64,000 nucleotides of DNA from Gemmatimonadaceae bacterium (GTDB lineage Bacteria; Gemmatimonadota; Gemmatimonadetes; Gemmatimonadales; Gemmatimonadaceae): the NCBI GenBank assembly GCA_045803545.1, contig JBJMOW010000004.1, positions 800,001-864,000 of the forward strand, written 5' to 3'. The notes below the pieces were generated by a model. That model saw only the letters and a program-made list of their open reading frames with translations. It was not told the DNA's origin and did no database searches. A program made the translations under genes and the position numbers. Each line of letters opens with the position of its first letter. The first letter of the stretch is position 1. Of this stretch, positions 47,022 through 56,516 are shown piece after piece.

Positions 47022-47951
47022 ATGAAACGCGGCAATATCGTAGAGCAAAAAGTTACCTCGCTGACAGCGATCGCACTTCTGTGCTTCGCCAGCACTGCGC
47101 CGATTGCGCGCGCGCAGATCGGCGGTGCGCCAACCGGCAACTGGATGGCGATCGAACAAATCCTTGGCAGAAAGGGGGCTGCAAACCCCGGCGGAGTAGT
47201 CAGGTTCGGCTTTCCTCGCAGCGATCTCACCGTCCGACTCGACGGTGTCGATATCAAGCCGGCGCTCGCATTGGGTGGATGGACCGCTTTCGTCGCCGAC
47301 GGTCGCAAGCACGTGATCGTCATGGGCGATCTCGTACTTCTCGAGGACGAAGTCGCTCCAGTGATAAGCGCGTTACAGGCAGGAGGAGTGGAACAGACGG
47401 CAGTGCACAATCATCTGCTCAGAGAGCAGCCGCACGTCGTCTACATCCATATCCATGCCCACGGCGACGCCGAGTCGATCGCGCGAACGATCCATGCTGC
47501 ACTGGCGCAAACGAAGACGCCGCTCAGCGCGCCGGCCGCGAGCGCGCCTGCAGCGACGCCAGATCTCGATACGGTCACCATCGCGCGGACGCTTCGCGCT
47601 TCCGGCAAATGGAATGGCGGCGTTTATCAGGTAAGCGTTCCGCGACAGGAAAGGATCACCGCCGATGGCATCGTGGTGCCACCGTCGATGGGTGTGGCGA
47701 CCGCCATCAACTTCCAGCCGACCGGCAGCGGAAAGGCCGCGATAACAGGCGACTTCGTCCTCCGCGAGGGCGAGGTGAATCCGGTGATTCGCGCGCTGCG
47801 CGATAACGGTATCGAAGTCACAGCGCTGCATACGCATATGCTCATGGAACAGCCAAAGCTTTTCTTCATGCACTTCTGGGCGAACAACGACGCCGTCAAG
47901 CTCGCCCGCGGCCTCGCCTCGGCGCTCGAGCGAACAGCATCGAAGCGATAG
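47022..47951 (+). CDS. DUF1259 (LppY/LpqO-like) protein, two repeats, secreted
   Basis: Duplicated GD.VL.E.EV.PVI.AL...G...TA.H.H....P....H. Confidence 0.88.
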   Translation: MKRGNIVEQKVTSLTAIALLCFASTAPIARAQIGGAPTGNWMAIEQILGRKGAANPGGVVRFGFPRSDLTVRLDGVDIKPALALGGWTAFVADGRKHVIVMGDLVLLEDEVAPVISALQAGGVEQTAVHNHLLREQPHVVYIHIHAHGDAESIARTIHAALAQTKTPLSAPAASAPAATPDLDTVTIARTLRASGKWNGGVYQVSVPRQERITADGIVVPPSMGVATAINFQPTGSGKAAITGDFVLREGEVNPVIRALRDNGIEVTALHTHMLMEQPKLFFMHFWANNDAVKLARGLASALERTASKR

Positions 47952-47958
47952 CCATGTC

Positions 47959-47982
47959 GGGAGACGGACGGCTGCGTCTTCC
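47959..47982. terminator. Hairpin between convergent DUF1259 and VOC genes
   Basis: GGGAGACG/CGTCTTCC 8-bp stem with one G-U pair. Confidence 0.35.
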
Positions 47983-47983
47983 C

Positions 47984-48379
47984 CTAGCCTGCAGGCTCGA
48001 ACAGCTCTACTGAATTCCCATCGGGATCTTCTAATTGGATCTGCCTGCCAGCGGGTCCTGTCTCCATATCATTACGGAATCCCACGCCTGCCTTCCTCAG
48101 CTTGTCTATCCACGCCGGAAGATCTGTCACACTCAGAACTATCCGGTTCCACCCACCCGGCTCCTGCGACTGTCCGTCCGGCAGCGCACGCGACCCTGAT
48201 GCACCCGGGCCGCTGAGAAGCAGGTTGAGCGCGCCGAGCGAAAGCGTGGCGAATGCCGGTGGCTTCTGATGCAGTACTTTGAAGCCGAGATGCTGGGAAT
48301 AAAAAGAAATGGAGCGGCGCAGATCCTTGACCTGATAACGAACACCGTGAAAACCGATTGCGGCTGACCCATTGTTCAT
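47984..48379 (-). CDS. VOC/glyoxalase family protein
   Basis: V.D...S..FY...LGF, PGGWNRI, DPDGN.VEL. Confidence 0.9.
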   Translation of the reverse strand: MNNGSAAIGFHGVRYQVKDLRRSISFYSQHLGFKVLHQKPPAFATLSLGALNLLLSGPGASGSRALPDGQSQEPGGWNRIVLSVTDLPAWIDKLRKAGVGFRNDMETGPAGRQIQLEDPDGNSVELFEPAG

Positions 48380-48381
48380 TT

Positions 48382-48852
48382 ATGAGACCCCTCTTGTTTA
48401 AATATTCCGCGCCAGCGCTTGTGACCTTTCTTTCCCTGCTAGCCGCATGCACGGAAAGAGCCGCTGAGTCGCATTACACACCGCGAACGCGCAATGTCAC
48501 CATAACCGCAGTGCCCCTGTTGACCAAAGAGCTGACGCCGGTTTACCCGTTCCTCACCTCAGACTTTCGCAAAGGTGGCGTACTCGATGGCAAAGAGGTT
48601 TACGCTTTCGTTCCGGACAATGTGACGGTGTTCGAGGGCGATACCGTCCACTTTACTCTCATCAATCCGGAGGACGACGCGCATTCCTTCGTTATCCCTG
48701 GCGTCGCAGTGTCGATGCCGCCGCAATCGACTGTCAGTGCTACCTACATCGCCAACAAGGCCGGCGTGTTCGAATACGTGTGCGACGTTCCGTCCCACAA
48801 GCCAATGATGTACGGCGAGCTCGTTGTGCTGCCAGCTATCGAGCTGAGATGA
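48382..48852 (+). CDS. Cupredoxin domain lipoprotein
   Basis: LLAAC lipobox; F.P, GD.V, HSF, CxxxxHxxMM.G. Confidence 0.85.
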   Translation: MRPLLFKYSAPALVTFLSLLAACTERAAESHYTPRTRNVTITAVPLLTKELTPVYPFLTSDFRKGGVLDGKEVYAFVPDNVTVFEGDTVHFTLINPEDDAHSFVIPGVAVSMPPQSTVSATYIANKAGVFEYVCDVPSHKPMMYGELVVLPAIELR

Positions 48853-49744
48853 AGAACTCCCACATCAATCGCGTAGCGTCGATACTCCGGGTCGTGCGAC
48901 CGACAAACCATTCGGGCAGTTCCATTCCGCCGGGCCAGGTGTGCCCGCCGCCGCGAATTGTGTAGAGCACCACTGGCGCGCCGTCAGCGCACCGGGCGTA
49001 GGTGCGACGAACTACATCGGCCGCGATCGATGAATCGACGGGCGGAGTTCGGCAGTGGTTCCGCCTTGCCCAATTCGCCGTCCACCTCGGCACGTTCGGA
49101 AACGGCCTCGGCGATAACCACGACGGACCGCCGTTGTACGGAGTGTGCGCGTCTGCCGTTCCATGGAATGCGATCATCGGCATCGGTCGTTGATCGGCGC
49201 ACCAGCGCCACGCCAGCGTTTGCGCGCCGGCGACCACTCCAATCGCCGCGATACGACTGGAAAGCGTGCATGAAAGCGCGAACGACATCCCGCCGCCATT
49301 GGAAAGTCCGTTGGCATAAATGCGCGACGAGTCGACGTTGTAGTGCGCGCTCAGGGTATCGATCAGCGCCGAGATGAATTTCACATCCTTTGCCAAATCA
49401 TCACCCGGCTCCGCACGCCAGATTCGGACTCCCTTGCCGCCGACGCCTGACGGATAAACGACGATGAATCCTTTCGCATCGGCGAGCTCGTTCCATCGGC
49501 TGATGTCCCGCTGCGATGCGCCCCAAAGACCAGCACCGTGCATGCTGATCACGAGAGGTGTAGGACGAGTACGGTCATAACTCTTCGGCACGTAGAGCAG
49601 GTACTCCCGCTTTTCGCCTGAGGACACGAAGGAGCCGTTGTCACGATTTGCGGAGTAGAACGAGACGGCTTCGATCGGGACGATTGCTGCCGGCAAGCCA
49701 ACGAGTGCCAGCGCGGCGCCGAGGAAAACTCTGCGGTCCTTCAT
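48836..49744 (-). CDS. PHB-depolymerase/LpqC-type esterase
   Basis: PLVI..HG, VVYP.G, G.SNGG nucleophile, HGT.D, GGGH.WPG; ATGA overlap with the permease. Confidence 0.88.
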   Translation of the reverse strand: MKDRRVFLGAALALVGLPAAIVPIEAVSFYSANRDNGSFVSSGEKREYLLYVPKSYDRTRPTPLVISMHGAGLWGASQRDISRWNELADAKGFIVVYPSGVGGKGVRIWRAEPGDDLAKDVKFISALIDTLSAHYNVDSSRIYANGLSNGGGMSFALSCTLSSRIAAIGVVAGAQTLAWRWCADQRPMPMIAFHGTADAHTPYNGGPSWLSPRPFPNVPRWTANWARRNHCRTPPVDSSIAADVVRRTYARCADGAPVVLYTIRGGGHTWPGGMELPEWFVGRTTRSIDATRLMWEFFISAR

Positions 49745-51366
49745 CGATGTCGGTTCCACGCCAGCGCCATCGGTGCCGCCGAGAGCCGTGCGATCGGGAT
49801 CGTAAGAATCGCGATCAACATCAGCAGGTAGTGCGGGATGTGTGGCGCATCGAGCAGCCACGCCAGCACTCCATACAGGACGAGCACCGCAACGCACCAC
49901 ACCGCCGCGCCACCGACCAGCGCGCGATCGTTAAGCAGCCTCTCTCGAAAGAGTCGCTGTCCGATCCAGACAACTGCGGTCATCTTCAGTGCTGCGAGAA
50001 TGCTGAAGACGAGTGGCAGTGCGCTCCAGACTTCGCCGAATCGATGGCTGTCGGCAATCCATTGGGAGAAAGGCCCGAAGAGAAAGAAGAAGCCGATCGC
50101 CAGAAACACGCTCGCCTTGATCAGCGATGCGCGACCGGTGAGGCCGATGTACAGGCTCTGAACGAGTTGGGTCCACGTGGCGGCGACGCATCCGGTCAGG
50201 ATCAAAAGCGAAAGCACGACCGCGCGCGCCATACCAAGGAACTCGCTGTCGCGACCCCAGGCGGATATCACTAGCCCGGATGTCCCCGAGAGCTTGAGCG
50301 CGATTGGCGCGCAAAGGAGGACGATCACCCAAGCGAGCAGAGTGCTCCGCATCGCCATCTTCAGCTTTGCCGCAACGAGCTCGGCGTTGGTCATCGGGCG
50401 CGTGGCGACGAACGCAGCGCTCGCAGAGGATCCGCCTGCGTCCGAGCTGGACGTGCTCACCGCTGCCGCGGCAAACGTTGCCACGAACGGCGGAGTCAAC
50501 AAGACGCCGAGCAGGATGGTAAACGCGAGCGACGCGGAATCACCCGCGCCCCAAAGCAGCACCAGCTCGAATGGCAGCAGGATCGCAACCCAGGTAGGAA
50601 GCGACCAGCCGTGTCTTCGCCAATCGAACCACACTTGCGCGGCGGCGGGCGATGTGAAATTCCGTTCGCGCCTGGAATCTCCGATGCGCGGGAGTGAGAA
50701 AGCGCCGCGCCATTCGGGGACCTCACCGTGTCTTGCGCGCGAGACTGCGTAGCGGGCCACGATGTACGCCACCGGAATCTGCGGCGCAAGAATTCCGATC
50801 ATCGTCCACTCGCCGGCGTTGAAATGCAGCGCCATCAACGCAGTCGTGTCGATTATGCCCAGCCATAGTACTGCCGCGACGATCCGCAGGCCCGGGAGCG
50901 GATACGGCATCCACGTCAGCGCCTGCGTCCAGGCGAGCAGCGACGTTGCGAGAAACGCCGGCCACACCCATGGAATTACGAATCCAGCCGGCCACATCGC
51001 GAACGTACGTAACGCCAGCCACAGCATCGTCATTGCCGCCGCGCCATAAAGCATCGGCCACAAGGTCAGCGCGGTCGACGTCACGGGGAGCGTGAATCGT
51101 CGAGACGGATACATCGATTGTCGCGCGGCGAGGTCGCCGTCGAGTCCAAACGTGAACACCGCCAGGAAATACGTGGCCGTCGACGCCAGTGGTACCATCA
51201 CCATGAACGCAAAGCTTTCGGGGCTATCGACGTGGAGTGGGGCGCCGCCTGCGATTACCGCGAGCTTGACCGCCGCCAGAACTACCAGGTAGACGATGAC
51301 GCCCAGCATTCCCCAACGATGCCGCGCGCGAAATTCCCGGGCGATTGCCGCGGCCGGCGACTGCAT
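49741..51366 (-). CDS. Large ABC-2-like permease (duplicated halves)
   Basis: About 12-13 TM helices; TLPVT and TRPMT...K repeats typical of ABC-2 membrane subunits; directly after the ATPase. Confidence 0.75.
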   Translation of the reverse strand: MQSPAAAIAREFRARHRWGMLGVIVYLVVLAAVKLAVIAGGAPLHVDSPESFAFMVMVPLASTATYFLAVFTFGLDGDLAARQSMYPSRRFTLPVTSTALTLWPMLYGAAAMTMLWLALRTFAMWPAGFVIPWVWPAFLATSLLAWTQALTWMPYPLPGLRIVAAVLWLGIIDTTALMALHFNAGEWTMIGILAPQIPVAYIVARYAVSRARHGEVPEWRGAFSLPRIGDSRRERNFTSPAAAQVWFDWRRHGWSLPTWVAILLPFELVLLWGAGDSASLAFTILLGVLLTPPFVATFAAAAVSTSSSDAGGSSASAAFVATRPMTNAELVAAKLKMAMRSTLLAWVIVLLCAPIALKLSGTSGLVISAWGRDSEFLGMARAVVLSLLILTGCVAATWTQLVQSLYIGLTGRASLIKASVFLAIGFFFLFGPFSQWIADSHRFGEVWSALPLVFSILAALKMTAVVWIGQRLFRERLLNDRALVGGAAVWCVAVLVLYGVLAWLLDAPHIPHYLLMLIAILTIPIARLSAAPMALAWNRHR

Positions 51367-51370
51367 CGGC

Positions 51371-52132
51371 TTACGCTTCTGAAGCTGCCGCGGCCGACAT
51401 CCCAACTCTCGCGATGAAGATCTCGTCGAGGGAAGGGACGTGCCCGTTCACGCGGTGCGCCTCACGAATCTCATCGAGCGGCGCGCTCAGCACGATCCGG
51501 CCCTTGTTGATCATCGTCACGTAATCGGCGACCTGCTCCACCTCTTCCAACAGGTGCGAAGAAAAGAGAACCGTCCGACCCTCATCGGCAACAGTGCGGA
51601 TGATCGCGCCTAGTATGTCGCGTCGCACGATTGGGTCGAGGCCCGAAGAGGGCTCGTCCAGCACCAGCAGGTCCGGCCGATAGGCGAGTGCGATGAGGAT
51701 GCCAACGCGTGCCTTCTGTCCCTTCGATAGGGTCCTGATTTTCGCCGCCGGATCGAGCGCGAACGATTCCCGCAGCTCCTGGGCGTAGCCGTCATCCCAG
51801 GATGGGCGGAACGCGCGCGAATATCGAACCAGCTCGTCGACTCGCATCCAGCCGGGCAAATCGTTTTCCTCGGACAGATAGCCGATCCGCGACAGGACGC
51901 CGACGGGATCGGCGACCGGATCGAGTCCGAAGACGCGCACCGATCCGCTCTGCGCGCGCAGCAGGCCGAGTACGTGTTTGATGAGTGTGGTCTTGCCGGC
52001 CCCATTGGCGCCGACCAGTCCGTACACCGCGCCGCGCGGAATAGACAGCGTCACCGCGTCGAGCGCGGTTTTGGTATCAAAGCGCCGTGAGAGCTGGTTG
52101 ACGGCGATGACTGGTGCGGTCGCTTCCATCAT
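51371..52132 (-). CDS. ABC transporter ATP-binding protein (YtrB/CcmA-like exporter)
   Basis: GANGAGKTT, LSKGQ, LDEP..GLDP, SSH. Confidence 0.95.
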   Translation of the reverse strand: MMEATAPVIAVNQLSRRFDTKTALDAVTLSIPRGAVYGLVGANGAGKTTLIKHVLGLLRAQSGSVRVFGLDPVADPVGVLSRIGYLSEENDLPGWMRVDELVRYSRAFRPSWDDGYAQELRESFALDPAAKIRTLSKGQKARVGILIALAYRPDLLVLDEPSSGLDPIVRRDILGAIIRTVADEGRTVLFSSHLLEEVEQVADYVTMINKGRIVLSAPLDEIREAHRVNGHVPSLDEIFIARVGMSAAAASEA

Positions 52133-52212
52133 TGCATCGAATGGTCGGGGTCACCATTCAGACGCATGAAGTGGGGGTAGATAACCCGCATCCACTGGCT
52201 GCAGGGTTTGGC

Positions 52213-52256
52213 GATATGTCGTTTTTCTATCACTGACATGTCGATTTCATATCACT
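52213..52256. repeat. 22-bp tandem direct repeat upstream of the ABC operon, probable regulator site
   Basis: GATATGTCGTTTTTCTATCACT / GACATGTCGATTTCATATCACT, 18 of 22 identical. Confidence 0.7.
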
Positions 52257-52359
52257 TAACGCGACATCTATGACCTGATAGTCAGGAGCATCACACGCGG
52301 GTTGCGCCAACCTCTGTTGCCCGTCCTAGAGGAGAGTAATCTCCCGTTCATCTTCTGAG

Positions 52360-53262
52360 GTGCCGATGCGGTTCGGCGCAATTTCACTTCTACTGCTCAA
52401 CGCCATGTCGCCGGCGATTCTCGTTTGCGGCGCGCAGGCATCAGATCACGCGGGACGGATCCCGTGGCAAGGTCCAGGCAGCACCGGACGAATCAGCTCG
52501 GTTGCGCAAATAACCGTCCCCGACGGCTGCAGGTTCACTGGACGCGCCGGCGTGCCGGCATTTCTCGAGGCGACCCAGAATCTTCCTGATGAATCTGTTG
52601 CAGCGGTGCTACTGTGTCGGACAGCCGATACCGCGTCGACGTGGTTTGTCTTGTACAAATACGATCCCAGCGGTCTCGTGCGCGATACCGACAAGAACAC
52701 GCTCGACGCCGCCAAGATCCTCGCCACGATCAAAGACGCTACCGAAAGATCAAACGATGAACGCGAGCGCCGCGGGTGGGAGAAGATGTACGTCACGGAC
52801 TGGATCACACCCCCATTCTACGACGAGAAAACCCACAACCTCACCTGGGCTCTCGAAGGTCTCTCATCGAGCGGGGAATCAAGCGCCAATCGATCGGTGC
52901 GACTCCTCGGCCGTGGTGGCGTTGTCAGCGCGGAGCTCGTCGCAGATGTAGACCGGCTCGCCGAGATCGTGCCTGCGTTCGATAAGAGTATAGACGGGAC
53001 GCAGTTCATTCCTGGCCAGACCTACGGCGAGTGGCGTCAAGGTGACAAAATCGCGAGCTACGGTCTTGTCGCGCTCATCGCAGGTGGTGCCGGCGTCGCT
53101 GCGACCAAGGCTGGACTCTTTGCGAAATTGGGCAAGCTGTTCATCGCTGTGGTACTCGCAATCAAGAAGTTGATCGTCGCCGCCGTGCTGGCAATCGCTG
53201 CTTTCTTCAAACGAATCTTCGGAAAGAAGAAAAAGTCGACAACGCCTGAGACAGCCGGATAA
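52360..53262 (+). CDS. DUF2167 family membrane-anchored protein
   Basis: W...P.YD..T..L.W, N...R.LGR.G, F..G..Y.....GDK.A.YGL.AL.AGG. Confidence 0.9.
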   Translation: MPMRFGAISLLLLNAMSPAILVCGAQASDHAGRIPWQGPGSTGRISSVAQITVPDGCRFTGRAGVPAFLEATQNLPDESVAAVLLCRTADTASTWFVLYKYDPSGLVRDTDKNTLDAAKILATIKDATERSNDERERRGWEKMYVTDWITPPFYDEKTHNLTWALEGLSSSGESSANRSVRLLGRGGVVSAELVADVDRLAEIVPAFDKSIDGTQFIPGQTYGEWRQGDKIASYGLVALIAGGAGVAATKAGLFAKLGKLFIAVVLAIKKLIVAAVLAIAAFFKRIFGKKKKSTTPETAG

Positions 53263-54084
53263 GTGAGCTGGCAGGTCGCAGCGATCCTCTTCGCCATTTT
53301 GGCCTTCGAAGGGGTTCGACGTCTGGACAGCGAAGACGTAATCCTCCGCTGCGATCCCCTCGGTACGTGGCGGGTTGCGGTACCATTGCAGCTATGGCGT
53401 CAGTGGTATCTCGTCTCGGCGCTACCACCGTTCTTTCTGACGGTTGTCGTTCGACATGAGTCCGGTAGCAAATCGCTCCGCGATGACCGAGGTCACATCC
53501 GATCGTTAGTCCGCGCCCCAGAGCCAATTCTCTCACTTCGTCTGCTGTGCGCGCTCGACTTCCTGGTGGTCGTGATCGGTATTCCGTGGGGAATTTCGCG
53601 TTACGGATCTGCCGGCCTGCTCGCGTTTATCGCGTTAGCGCTGGCGCTAAGCGCGGTAATAATGATACGCTCGGCTGCTGTCCGACTGTCTGAGGGGCAT
53701 TCACGCTGGGCGGCGTTTCGCAGCTCGACACCTTTCCTGTCGCCATTTGCATCTCCGTTCGCCGCTGAAGCTGCGCTCTCATCGCTGCTGCGAAACCATT
53801 CACCTGTCGCGGTGATTTCAACCTTGCTTGGGCAAGCAGAGTTCGCCGCATTGATGCGCCCCGCTGCATACGATGTGGAATCACGACAGGCCGAGACCGG
53901 TGGCTCGTTGCTCGGGGAGCTCGCACGGGCGCTGCCGAGGAACGAGCGTATGACGATTCTGGAATCTGCTGCGAATGGCTGCACTGAATTCGAGCGATTC
54001 TGTCCCCGCTGCGCAGAACGCTATTCGCTGGATTCAACCGCGTGCGCCGATTGCGACGGCGTCCAGCTTCGTGCGACCCGATAG
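53263..54084 (+). CDS. Hypothetical membrane protein with C-terminal zinc ribbon (CPRC...CADC)
   Basis: GTG immediately after the DUF2167 stop; TM helices; two CxxC motifs. Confidence 0.7.
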   Translation: MSWQVAAILFAILAFEGVRRLDSEDVILRCDPLGTWRVAVPLQLWRQWYLVSALPPFFLTVVVRHESGSKSLRDDRGHIRSLVRAPEPILSLRLLCALDFLVVVIGIPWGISRYGSAGLLAFIALALALSAVIMIRSAAVRLSEGHSRWAAFRSSTPFLSPFASPFAAEAALSSLLRNHSPVAVISTLLGQAEFAALMRPAAYDVESRQAETGGSLLGELARALPRNERMTILESAANGCTEFERFCPRCAERYSLDSTACADCDGVQLRATR

Positions 54085-54102
54085 TGCGGCTAATTAGGCC
54101 CG

Positions 54103-54258
54103 TCAGGTTCCGCTGGACCGACTCCGTAAGCGGTATAAGCTGATAGCGATCCCGACGATGACGAACACCGCTGCCATCGTGACATCCCCGCGCATGGCTG
54201 CGCGATAGGCGAGAAAAATCCAGAAGAGCAGGAGGAGAAGAACCATTGGCTTGCCCAT
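54103..54258 (-). CDS. 51-aa two-TM membrane protein MGKPMVLLLLLFWIFLAYRAAMRGDVTMAAVFVIVGIAISLYRLRSRSSGT
   Basis: Hand translated; GAGG 8 nt before ATG; below the ORF-track size cut-off. Confidence 0.7.
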   Translation of the reverse strand: MGKPMVLLLLLFWIFLAYRAAMRGDVTMAAVFVIVGIAISLYRLRSRSSGT

Positions 54259-54330
54259 CGATCGATCCTCGGAGGGTGAGTGTTGTTGAGACTCATCCCC
54301 TTCGTGGGCCGTAACACTGCTTGCGCCTCT

Positions 54331-55608
54331 TCACGATGAAGAGGCGCGCGCTCCCTTCCAGATCACCGCCGCGTCGTAGCCGTGAATCGTGCGGACGACG
54401 TCCGGGTTCCAGCTGTCGACCCCACGCATGGCAAGTGGTCGCAACGCGCGAAGGTCGATGACTTCATGGTCGGTCGCGCTTGAGTTTGCCAGCACCCGCG
54501 CGAGCCGCTGATCTCCGGCTTTGAATTCGTCGAAGTCGTCACTCGCAACCGAGTTGAAGCTCCGCCCGGGGCCGAGCACAGCTTGATGAGAACCTGGGCC
54601 AGGCAGCACAATGATATGGAATGCCCGACCGCCACTCAGCGCGGCGACTTCGTCCGGCATTGAGCCGAGGTCGAAGATGTTGACGTAATTCTCGCCGCGA
54701 ATCATGTGGTTGTAGCCGAACTTCATCATCACCTTCGGCTGGTTCCCGCGTTTCTGCTCTTCCCGCAGTCGCTCGGCGAAACCACTCCGCATCCATTGCG
54801 CTCGGCGCTGCGATGAATCCCACGCAGTTCCGGTTTGTGCAACCGCATTGATGGCCAGTGATTCCTCGAGGGTGCGCAGTATCAGGTTACTGTCACGGTC
54901 TGGGTTGGGCCAGGCTGAGCGAACTGACGATACGACGGCGGGGTCAGGATTCTGCGAAAAGATGAAAGGCGCACCTCCCGCCCACGCGTTCGTTGACGCC
55001 TGCTTCAGCCGCGCAAAAGACGCCTTTGCAGGTGGCGGCACTCTGGACTCGAGTCTCGAGATCAGGTAGCGATCGCTTAGGATCTCCCGATCGAGTCCCC
55101 ACAGAACCCGCTCATTCTTTGGTGCGGTGCTGACCACGGACGCGATGAACTGCGCTTCCTCACGCAGATACATCGGGCTCCAGGTAGTAGGCGCGGAATA
55201 AAAATCCAGAATCCCCTGAAGCCCATGGCCTCTCGCCGCAACCTCAATGTCCTGGGCGATGATTGGCGAAAGCTCGATCGCCATGCGGCTGTAACCAGAT
55301 GCGCGAAGAGCGTTGAACAGGGCCGCTGAGAGCTGCGCGGTTTCCGCGACTCCGTGTTCCTCGCCGATCAGTGTGAACTGCGCATCCCGCGCTCGCTCGA
55401 CCAGCCAGTCCCATCCCCGTCCCGCGGGACCGTTGCTCATTGTGAGGGGAAGTCGGTTGTGTTGAAGCGCTTCGAGAAGGCGTGCTTGCGGACTAGTCTG
55501 GGGCTGCGCAGACGAAGGCGGTGCGCTCTGGCTGCGACCTCGCTTGCCCGTAAGCAGGAACAATCCGCTAGCGAGGAGCAGGTCGCGTCTATTTATCCCC
55601 ATATCCAT
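54331..55608 (-). CDS. Tat-exported erythromycin-esterase (EreA/ChaN)-like protein
   Basis: NRRDLL Tat motif; LIGEEHG, AIE, WGLD, R...M, KFGYNH, YDA. Confidence 0.65.
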   Translation of the reverse strand: MDMGINRRDLLLASGLFLLTGKRGRSQSAPPSSAQPQTSPQARLLEALQHNRLPLTMSNGPAGRGWDWLVERARDAQFTLIGEEHGVAETAQLSAALFNALRASGYSRMAIELSPIIAQDIEVAARGHGLQGILDFYSAPTTWSPMYLREEAQFIASVVSTAPKNERVLWGLDREILSDRYLISRLESRVPPPAKASFARLKQASTNAWAGGAPFIFSQNPDPAVVSSVRSAWPNPDRDSNLILRTLEESLAINAVAQTGTAWDSSQRRAQWMRSGFAERLREEQKRGNQPKVMMKFGYNHMIRGENYVNIFDLGSMPDEVAALSGGRAFHIIVLPGPGSHQAVLGPGRSFNSVASDDFDEFKAGDQRLARVLANSSATDHEVIDLRALRPLAMRGVDSWNPDVVRTIHGYDAAVIWKGARASSS

Positions 55609-55697
55609 CCCGGTCAGTCACCGCTGACTGGGACAGATGAACGGGGCTATTGGTTTGAAGCTGTCAGCATACTCGAAACCTGCTGGTCGACTTTCGA

Positions 55698-56516
55698 TCA
55701 GTAGTACGAGTACGTCGCGTCCACGGCAAAGCTTTGACCCGCGTTCGGCCCCGTCTGGAAAATCAGGGTTCCGTCCCTCGTCAGCGGTCGGGTCTGATCG
55801 TTGTAGGTGTACGAAAAGTCGACGGTGTAGTGGTCGCCGTCGCCCAGGTGAACCACCCGAGCTGGATTACCTTTTTGTAGTTTCACGCCGGGTAGCAGAA
55901 TGAGCTTGTCGAAGAATCCGGGATGCAACAGGTCAAAGTCGTCGACGTTGACTTTGTTGTCGTAGTTCTCGAATACATCGACCACGGTTACCTCACTCTG
56001 CAGCCCATCGATCGGCGGATAGTGCTGCCCCATTTCCAGCAGATTGCCATCCGCGTAGTACTCGAAGCTCATGGTGAGGTCGATGATAAATCCGCCGGGC
56101 ACTGCACGATCGCGCTCGATCGAGGTGAGCTGTTGTCCGTCGTAGGTAAAGAACCAGAGCTGCGCGTTGGCGCCTGTCTCATCCCGGTCGCGGATCGCGG
56201 CCACACGACCCAGGTCATCGTAGGTATAGATCAAGTTGTGCACGGTGCCGGCGGCGACGTCGATGTCATGAATCCGGCCAGTCTGGTAATTCAGAGAGTA
56301 CGTCGCTAATCCCGAGGCGAAGGTTGCAGTCCTGATCTTCCCCGCGTCGTCGTACTCGAAGTGGTAGTAGGGCGAAGGTAGTCGCGTGTAGACGACGTCC
56401 TTGAGCAGTACGCCCGTCGGCGGGGGCGGAGGCGGCGGGGCCGAAATGTGGTCGCTGCTGCACGCAGCGAGCGTGACGGCGACGATTGCGGAGAGGATCG
56501 GTAATCGTATTTGCAT
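55698..56516 (-). CDS. Lipoprotein with YD-like beta-hairpin repeats
   Basis: LAAC lipobox, poly-Pro linker, repeated F.YD..G motifs, YD.K.N. Confidence 0.75.
   Translation of the reverse strand: MQIRLPILSAIVAVTLAACSSDHISAPPPPPPPTGVLLKDVVYTRLPSPYYHFEYDDAGKIRTATFASGLATYSLNYQTGRIHDIDVAAGTVHNLIYTYDDLGRVAAIRDRDETGANAQLWFFTYDGQQLTSIERDRAVPGGFIIDLTMSFEYYADGNLLEMGQHYPPIDGLQSEVTVVDVFENYDNKVNVDDFDLLHPGFFDKLILLPGVKLQKGNPARVVHLGDGDHYTVDFSYTYNDQTRPLTRDGTLIFQTGPNAGQSFAVDATYSYY

Noticed and set aside
54090..54317. 75-aa ORF from the track
   Set aside because: The alternative frame 54103-54258 has an RBS and a coherent two-TM product
56418..56441. G-rich run as a contingency repeat
   Set aside because: Encodes an ordinary poly-Pro lipoprotein linker with mixed codons
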